IMG/VR virus record: IMGVR_UViG_3300020042_009695
Coordinates: 1 to 32,039 of that record
DNA: 32,039 bases
Direction: 5' to 3' (one strand)
DNA from: a virus
Lineage: Duplodnaviria > Caudoviricetes
A model generated the notes under the pieces. That model saw nothing but the letters and a program-made list of their open reading frames with translations. It was not told the origin of the DNA and did no database searches. The position numbers and the translations under genes were made by a program. The stretch's first letter is position 1. Each line of letters opens with the position of its first letter. Positions 25,817 to 32,039 of the stretch are shown here, piece after piece.

Positions 25817-26992
25817 ATGGCAGACGGTAATGTTGTAGAAAATGAAGTAGTAGAAACTACGGAAACAACACAAGCGCAGACACCTGAAATCCCACAAGAA
25901 ATACGGGATATGATGGAAATTTCTTTGAATGGTGGATTGCCACCAAAACAGGAACAAGTACAAACGGAAGTTGAAACACAGCAAGAAGAAGTTGTAGTAC
26001 AACCAACCCCGTTTGAGTTTGGAGTATTTAAAGAAAAGTTTGGCTACGAAACAACCGAACAAGTTTTGCAAGAAATAGAGGAATTAAGGGCTTTAAAAGC
26101 CAATCCACCAAAAGCAGAACTAGAATACACCAACGAAGAAAGTAAACTTATTGCACAAGCATTAAGCGAAGGTAAGCAAGACGTAGTTAGAGATTATCTT
26201 AACCGTAAAATGGAATTAGATACAATCCTTTCACAAGAAGTTACCGACCAAAATGCTGATACAATTATTAAAATGTCAATGAAAGCGAAATACAGTAGCT
26301 TAAATGACGAACAAATACAGCATAAGTTTAACAGACAATATTCCATTCCAAAAGAGCCAATTCAAAGTGTATCAGAAGATGATGATGAATTTCAAGAAAG
26401 GCACAATGAATGGAAAGAAACAGTTAGTCAAGTAAAAATGGACAAAGTTATTGATGCACAAATGGCTTTACCAACACTTGAAGAACTTAAAAAAGAAATC
26501 GTTTTACCAAAAATAGAAAGTGTAGTTGACGAGGATTACCTAACATGGCAGAAATCATTGGAAAGCCTTGAAGAACAAGACACTTTAACTAAGGAAGCCT
26601 ACAAAAACCTACAACCAAAAGACGTAGAAACAAAAGTTAAATTTATTGATGAAGCCAATAAGATTAATTTTGAGTTTCAATTTCAGCCTGACGGGGAAGG
26701 GTTTAAAAAAGCTGTTGAAGTTGCATCCGATATGGATAAGTTCTTTAAATCATTCTTTAATTCGGAAGGAAAGCCGAATAGAGAAATGTTTGTAGATGCC
26801 ATATACTACGCAATGAATAAACAGAAAGTAATCAATGAAGCTATTAAGCAAGGTTCAAACGCAAGAATGAAAGCCTTACTGCCTGACAATAATGATGGAG
26901 GTTTGCAAAGACAAAACCCACAGGATATGGAAGAAAATACTCTTGATTACGAAATGAAGCGTTCCTTACGAGTTGGCGGTGTAAAGATTTAA
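25817..26992 (+). CDS. Putative head scaffolding protein
   Basis: Very acidic and helical, directly upstream of MCP. Confidence 0.65.
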   Translation: MADGNVVENEVVETTETTQAQTPEIPQEIRDMMEISLNGGLPPKQEQVQTEVETQQEEVVVQPTPFEFGVFKEKFGYETTEQVLQEIEELRALKANPPKAELEYTNEESKLIAQALSEGKQDVVRDYLNRKMELDTILSQEVTDQNADTIIKMSMKAKYSSLNDEQIQHKFNRQYSIPKEPIQSVSEDDDEFQERHNEWKETVSQVKMDKVIDAQMALPTLEELKKEIVLPKIESVVDEDYLTWQKSLESLEEQDTLTKEAYKNLQPKDVETKVKFIDEANKINFEFQFQPDGEGFKKAVEVASDMDKFFKSFFNSEGKPNREMFVDAIYYAMNKQKVINEAIKQGSNARMKALLPDNNDGGLQRQNPQDMEENTLDYEMKRSLRVGGVKI

Positions 26993-27027
26993 AAAAATAA
27001 TCTAATCACAAACAAAATTTTATTATT

Positions 27028-28434
27028 ATGCCAAGTGCAATAGTTAGAGGCGCAACAGGACAACCTGGTCCAATAGCCTATCCTTCGGGAATAACCACAG
27101 GAATTTTTAACGACTTAAACTTTGTAATTCCTGATTACATTGCGGGATTGATTGCCAAATACGGTAACAGTTCTTATATGTTAGCAATGGAAATTTTAGG
27201 TCGTACAAGTGTTGAAACAGTAAACACTACAACCAATACCTTTTCTCACTTTGAGAAAGGCAGACCATTTGGTTCAGGTTTAGTAAACGCAAACGTAACA
27301 AGTTCTGTTGCGGGTGCAGCTATCAATATCACATTGAAAAGCCCTGAATCTTATAACAATGGTGCTACGGGAACTCAATCTCCATTCTTATTGAATGAAG
27401 TTGTTAAAATCCGTTCTAATGGTCGTAAGTTTCGTGTAACTGCTATCACAAGAACCGCAGGTGCTTTCGTAATTGAAGCTACTCCTTTAGGGAACTATAC
27501 TTTGATTACAGGAACATCAGGAACTACCTTAAATGCGGGTGAAGGTCTTGAAACCTTTGGTAACCAATTAGCAGGTGAAGCATCTGATTCACAAGGTACT
27601 TTACAGCAACAACTTTACCGTTACGATAACACCGCAACTGTTATCCGTGCATCTACTAAATCTTCTGATTTAGCAGGGATGAACAAAACGCAAATTGACT
27701 TCGGAGGCGGTAGCTTCTATGAGCCAACCCTTGCAGTTCAAACTATGAACCAAAATATGATGATGAACATTGAAGATGCTGTAATGGAAGGTGTACCTGA
27801 TGCTAACACAACTGCAACAGGAACTACGGGTGTTATCCCTGACGTTGAAGCAAGAGGTTCTGAAATTGATTACGTTCAAAATATGTTTGCTATTGGAGAT
27901 TTCCAAAACTTAACAAACGTATTGGATGCTAACGGTGGCGCAAGAGAGTACCATTTCTTACAAGACTTAAAGCAACGTCAAGATATCAACAACTTGTTGT
28001 TTGGTATTTACAAGAACGGTGCAATTTCTTACGGTTCTGTTGGTTTCAGCCAAGAAGCGGCTACAAGCTATGGCTTCAAAGGTTTCTCTACTGATACTTT
28101 TGATTTCCATTTCCACCGTTACAAGGGCTTTACCGCAGAAGCAGTATTTGGTTATACCCCAACGCAAGGTGATTACCGTGCATACTTTGGTCTTGCAGTT
28201 CCACAAGGAATGATTCAAGATGCTAAAGACAACACAAGTCGCCCTCAAATGCAATGGGTGTATCAACAAAATCCTGATATTACCGCAGGACAGCGTATCT
28301 ACTCTTGGTCTTTAGGTTACACTCAACCTACTAAGACTTCAAAAGCGGAGAACGAATACAATCAGATTGCTTATGTTGGTAGCCGTGTGTTAGCAGCAGA
28401 ACAATTCGCTTTGTTGAAAGGTATCAGTTCTTAG
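27028..28434 (+). CDS. Major capsid protein (crAss-like)
   Basis: 468 aa, high-expression codon bias (AAC/TTC/CGT), IEDAVMEG..GTTGVI..VEARG, YGFKGF..F.F; strong terminator downstream. Confidence 0.8.
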   Translation: MPSAIVRGATGQPGPIAYPSGITTGIFNDLNFVIPDYIAGLIAKYGNSSYMLAMEILGRTSVETVNTTTNTFSHFEKGRPFGSGLVNANVTSSVAGAAINITLKSPESYNNGATGTQSPFLLNEVVKIRSNGRKFRVTAITRTAGAFVIEATPLGNYTLITGTSGTTLNAGEGLETFGNQLAGEASDSQGTLQQQLYRYDNTATVIRASTKSSDLAGMNKTQIDFGGGSFYEPTLAVQTMNQNMMMNIEDAVMEGVPDANTTATGTTGVIPDVEARGSEIDYVQNMFAIGDFQNLTNVLDANGGAREYHFLQDLKQRQDINNLLFGIYKNGAISYGSVGFSQEAATSYGFKGFSTDTFDFHFHRYKGFTAEAVFGYTPTQGDYRAYFGLAVPQGMIQDAKDNTSRPQMQWVYQQNPDITAGQRIYSWSLGYTQPTKTSKAENEYNQIAYVGSRVLAAEQFALLKGISS

Positions 28435-28450
28435 TAATAAACAGTTCTTT

Positions 28451-28485
28451 AAAAGGGGGTAGCAATAACGCTACTCCCTATTTTT
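28451..28485 (+). terminator. Intrinsic terminator after MCP
   Basis: GGGGGTAGC-N6-GCTACTCCC then TATTTTT. Confidence 0.8.
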
Positions 28486-28505
28486 ACAACATAAAATAAA
28501 TTAAA

Positions 28506-29450
28506 ATGGCAAACGCTAAACAAGCCCCATTAAATTTACCCGAACAAAAGGGTACTACTACGCAAGAAAAGTACAAGTTAGAAAAAGAGTACAAAAACTT
28601 TGAGTTTGATGCAGACAAAAAGTATATGTTCAAACTTGTTGCTACAAATTCTGAAAGGACAAGACCTATCGTAGACCACAGAACCAATCGCCCACTTCCA
28701 ACAAAAGAATACAGACCGTTTCAAAACTTAGTGCTAACTTCTCAAATAGTATGGGAAGGTAAAAGAGTTAATATCCGTTATTACGATGGGTGTGATTCTA
28801 TCTTTGTTTCCGAACAACCAAAGGAAAAAGAAATGATAGACCAACTAATAGCACAAACTAAGAAACGTAATTTCTTGGATGGTAAATTAGTTGTTGAAGG
28901 TTACGACCAAATGTTGTTATTCTATCTTACTATTTGTAGTTGGAATGTTGATAGCCCTTTTAGGACAAACACAGCAAACGGAATTTTTAAATCAGAGAAC
29001 ACCCAAAAGCGTATTACCGAAGAATCTAAGAAATTAGATATGGTAGAAGAAGCATTAGAGTTAGCTAAAAAAGCATCTAAAAATAAAATGCTTATTCACG
29101 CTGCTTACTTGGGAATACCAACAAGCGATTATGATACAGGCAACGAACTTACAGAAGCCGAAATTCGTGCTAAGTACAGAAAAGCAGCCTTATCAGATGC
29201 AGAAGGGTTTATGTCCTCTTATGGTAATACAGCGTTAGAAACAAAGTATTATATTGAAAAAGCCCTAAATGCAGGTTTAATATCCAACAAAAACAACCCG
29301 AATAAAGCCGAATGGTCTAAAAGCGGTAATGTAATTTGCGATATTTCAGGACTAAGAAGCCCCGAAGCAATAGCTAACCGATTGTTTGAGTTTGCTGCCA
29401 CAGAGGAAGGTGAAGAATTTAAAATTCAAGTAGCTTCGGTTTTTAATTAA
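28506..29450 (+). CDS. Conserved post-MCP protein (crAss gene-75-like position)
   Basis: IRY....SIFV.EQ motif and synteny. Confidence 0.6.
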   Translation: MANAKQAPLNLPEQKGTTTQEKYKLEKEYKNFEFDADKKYMFKLVATNSERTRPIVDHRTNRPLPTKEYRPFQNLVLTSQIVWEGKRVNIRYYDGCDSIFVSEQPKEKEMIDQLIAQTKKRNFLDGKLVVEGYDQMLLFYLTICSWNVDSPFRTNTANGIFKSENTQKRITEESKKLDMVEEALELAKKASKNKMLIHAAYLGIPTSDYDTGNELTEAEIRAKYRKAALSDAEGFMSSYGNTALETKYYIEKALNAGLISNKNNPNKAEWSKSGNVICDISGLRSPEAIANRLFEFAATEEGEEFKIQVASVFN

Positions 29451-29472
29451 TTAAGGCTAATCCTCCGAGCCA

Positions 29473-29513
29473 ATGCCCGTCATTCTATAAAAAGTTTGGC
29501 GGGTATTTTTTTT
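29473..29513 (+). terminator. Intrinsic terminator
   Basis: ATGCCCGTCA...TGGCGGGTAT followed by a T-run. Confidence 0.75.
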
Positions 29514-29547
29514 GTTGTAATTTGGTAACTAAATAGTATTTTTGGTT

Positions 29548-30222
29548 ATGGCACTTACCGTAAATGATTTATATGTTTTTGTTCAAAAATTGATTCGTAA
29601 AAATCAAGCGGGTTCTTTATCAGCCACAGAGTTTAATACTTTTTGGAATGATGCACAAAGGGCTTATATGGGTGATTTATTAGGTCGCTTTCAAATGCGT
29701 TCTAATGGAAAATTAGGAATGAATACGGGTCTTATTTTAAATGAAACAATACTCACGAAATTAGCACCGTTTACAAAAAACTCAACATTAACAATTACAA
29801 CAGGTTCTTCCCCAAAGCCAACGGGGTTACTTTATAGACTTGCATTAAGAACGGATGATTTTGATATTGTATTTATTAATCACGGGCAAATATCAGAAGT
29901 AAAAAAATCAGTTATTGATGCCCCAAGTGTAGCAAACAATATGTACTACGCTTATGAGATTGAAGGAACATATAAATTCTTACCAACATCAATAACCACA
30001 GCAGAAATAAACTATATCGGTGATGTAACTAATATCGTTTGGGGTTATACATTAGACGGTAATGGTAGACAAGTTTATAGTTCGGGCGCAAGTACACAAA
30101 GTCTATGGGATGATGTTTCCAATATGGAAATAACAAAACGTATGCTTCAAGATATTGGTCTATCATTAAAAGATAGAGATTTTCAAAACTTCGGCAATAA
30201 CACAATTCAAACGGGGGATTAA
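29548..30222 (+). CDS. Virion ring/adaptor-type structural protein (start MALTVN)
   Basis: V..LY..V..L..KNQ.G.L...EFN.F...AQ..WGY motif and synteny. Confidence 0.65.
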   Translation: MALTVNDLYVFVQKLIRKNQAGSLSATEFNTFWNDAQRAYMGDLLGRFQMRSNGKLGMNTGLILNETILTKLAPFTKNSTLTITTGSSPKPTGLLYRLALRTDDFDIVFINHGQISEVKKSVIDAPSVANNMYYAYEIEGTYKFLPTSITTAEINYIGDVTNIVWGYTLDGNGRQVYSSGASTQSLWDDVSNMEITKRMLQDIGLSLKDRDFQNFGNNTIQTGD

Positions 30223-30225
30223 CGT

Positions 30226-30879
30226 ATGGCAACACCTTACACAAAAAAAGCACTCACGGAGAGAATTAAGAGGCATATAAATAATGACTTCCCTAATACT
30301 GATTTTAAGGTATCTGATTCAGAAATCCTTTTATATATAGATTCTGCTATTCCTTTTGTAATGAAGGGTGAAATTTTTGAGAACGCAAAAGTGACGGGTG
30401 TCTTTGAAGTTCCCGAAGCGTATTTAGTTACTTACTTACTTTCACCTATTACAAGAAACGCAGCTACGAATGAATGGAAAGCAACACTACCACAAACACC
30501 ACTCGCACTACCTTCGGGTTATGCAATAACAGATGTTTACGCAACACAAGACGGTCAAGGTAGAGGACAATCATTTTATCCAACAACTACTAAGCGTGTT
30601 CCTTACAGAAACTTAATGCCAAAACCTTCGGGTTCTTTTTATAGAGTAAATAGCAATATTATTTATTTTCAAGCTACAAACGGTGCGCCACTTAACGAAT
30701 TAGATGTTTATGTACAGATGCCTATTAGCAGAACCGCAAGTGTGGACGATGTAATGAGTGTTCCCGATAGTGCTTTAGAAAATATATTTTTAACTGTTAT
30801 TAAAAACATAACAAACAGATACCAATTAGGTAAAGACAATATTTTAGATAACGAACCAAAAAACCCTAAAACACAATAA
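30226..30879 (+). CDS. Virion ring/tail structural protein
   Basis: Synteny; helix-beta-helix layout like adjacent ring proteins. Confidence 0.6.
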   Translation: MATPYTKKALTERIKRHINNDFPNTDFKVSDSEILLYIDSAIPFVMKGEIFENAKVTGVFEVPEAYLVTYLLSPITRNAATNEWKATLPQTPLALPSGYAITDVYATQDGQGRGQSFYPTTTKRVPYRNLMPKPSGSFYRVNSNIIYFQATNGAPLNELDVYVQMPISRTASVDDVMSVPDSALENIFLTVIKNITNRYQLGKDNILDNEPKNPKTQ

Positions 30880-30881
30880 CA

Positions 30882-31040
30882 ATGGCAAGAAAAAAAGAAG
30901 AAGTGGTAGAAGTTCAAGATGAATTAGTACCACAAGATGCCCCAACTGAAACACCTACCGAAGAAGTAGTTGAAGTAGTTGAAGAAAAAACAGAACCACA
31001 AGTAGTTACTTTGGCTCAAAAAAATAAGTGCCGTCAATAA
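30882..31040 (+). CDS. 52-aa acidic disordered protein
   Basis: Manual ORF MARKKEEVVEVQDELVPQDAPTETPTEE... Confidence 0.6.
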   Translation: MARKKEEVVEVQDELVPQDAPTETPTEEVVEVVEEKTEPQVVTLAQKNKCRQ

Positions 31041-31054
31041 TTAAATTCTAACCA

Positions 31055-31792
31055 ATGTCTGAACTTGGCAAATACGTTCCTTTAAAAACAGTAGTGGCTT
31101 ATGCCTTAGATGAACTTGGGCTTTCATACGATAAGTTTGATAGCTGTTGGATTCTTGGGCTTCGGGCATTGGTTGAAATGAATTTTGATATTTCGGCTGA
31201 ACCGAAAACTATTAGAATACCACTAAATGGTAATAAGACTGCCAATATACCTTCTGATTGCCTTTCTTGGACAAAGATTGGTGTATTAGATAAAGGTGGT
31301 AAAATAAGCACGTTAAAGATAAATAACGGTCTTACTACTTGGATGGACACCAACCCTAATAGAGTAAGTAAATTGCAACAATCACAAGTGAATGATAACG
31401 TAGGGGCTTTAGCTGCTGCACCACTTTACTTAAATTTTTATCAGAACGGTACTTACTCAAATTATTTTGGTACGGGAAATGGTCTTATTCAGCACGGAGA
31501 ATGTAGGGTAGACGATAAAAACCAAGTTATTATTTTCCCACCCGATTTTAGTTTTGATTCTGTTTTATTTGAATACATAAGCAGTCCTGAAAAAGATGAT
31601 GATTATAACGTAGAACTTGCATTGCAAGAAGCTATCATTGCGTTTATTAAGTGGAAAAAGCAATTAGGAGAAAGGGCTGAATACTTTGCAGCTATGACTT
31701 CGGGAAGAAGAAGATTGTCCAAGAAGCGTGTTACCTTACAACAAATAGCGCAAGTTTTAAGAGAAGATGGTGGAATGAAATTACAGTCCTAA
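31055..31792 (+). CDS. Tail tubular/ring protein
   Basis: RAL.E.NFD..IPSDC..W.KI..LFEYIS..EAIIAFI.W..RRRL pattern of crAss-like tail tubular proteins. Confidence 0.65.
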   Translation: MSELGKYVPLKTVVAYALDELGLSYDKFDSCWILGLRALVEMNFDISAEPKTIRIPLNGNKTANIPSDCLSWTKIGVLDKGGKISTLKINNGLTTWMDTNPNRVSKLQQSQVNDNVGALAAAPLYLNFYQNGTYSNYFGTGNGLIQHGECRVDDKNQVIIFPPDFSFDSVLFEYISSPEKDDDYNVELALQEAIIAFIKWKKQLGERAEYFAAMTSGRRRLSKKRVTLQQIAQVLREDGGMKLQS

Positions 31793-31807
31793 AAAATATT
31801 AGTAGCA

Positions 31808-32039
31808 ATGCCTCAAATGATAAAACAGTTTAGCGGTTACATGAATTTAGACGATGCCGAATCTGTCATTGCACCCACTCAACATAAGTATGGGAAAAAC
31901 ATAAGATTTAGGGGTGTTGGTAACAACTACCGTTTAGAAAGCGTAGAGGGAACAACTGCAATAACCTATACTAAACCTGCGGGAACAAACCAATGTATTG
32001 GGGCTTTCTATGATGGATTAAAACAATACATTTACTTCT
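31808..32039 (+). CDS. Tail stabilization/muzzle protein, 5' partial
   Basis: MPQMIKQFSGYMNLDD...HKYGKNIR...ESVEGT...CIGAF.D; open to the window end. Confidence 0.65.
   Translation, partial: MPQMIKQFSGYMNLDDAESVIAPTQHKYGKNIRFRGVGNNYRLESVEGTTAITYTKPAGTNQCIGAFYDGLKQYIYF

Overview
This is a 32-kb segment of an AT-rich tailed dsDNA phage (Caudoviricetes) of Bacteroidota; DnaB and SSB resemble Chitinophagaceae proteins from recall. From left to right: (1) a minus-strand early/recombination block (coiled-coil protein, RHH regulator, signal-peptide beta-barrel protein, YqaJ-like exonuclease); (2) two promoter-plus-hairpin units without ORFs (candidate paralogous antisense sRNAs) and a ~560-bp non-coding control region with a strand-skew switch, a G-quadruplex motif and iteron-like repeats; (3) small accessory genes, including a DnaA-domain-IV-like protein and NinG; (4) a lambdoid-style replication module (HTH, initiator with an internal HNH domain, DnaC-like ATPase, DnaB, SSB, DEDDh exonuclease); (5) three glycosyltransferases; (6) GroEL, GroES and a tandem GroES-like gene; (7) a crAss-like virion module (portal, probable TerS, TerL, scaffold, MCP, ring/tail proteins). 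I saw no rRNA, tRNA, CRISPR array or integrase. All protein assignments come from recalled motifs and gene context, not from database searches.
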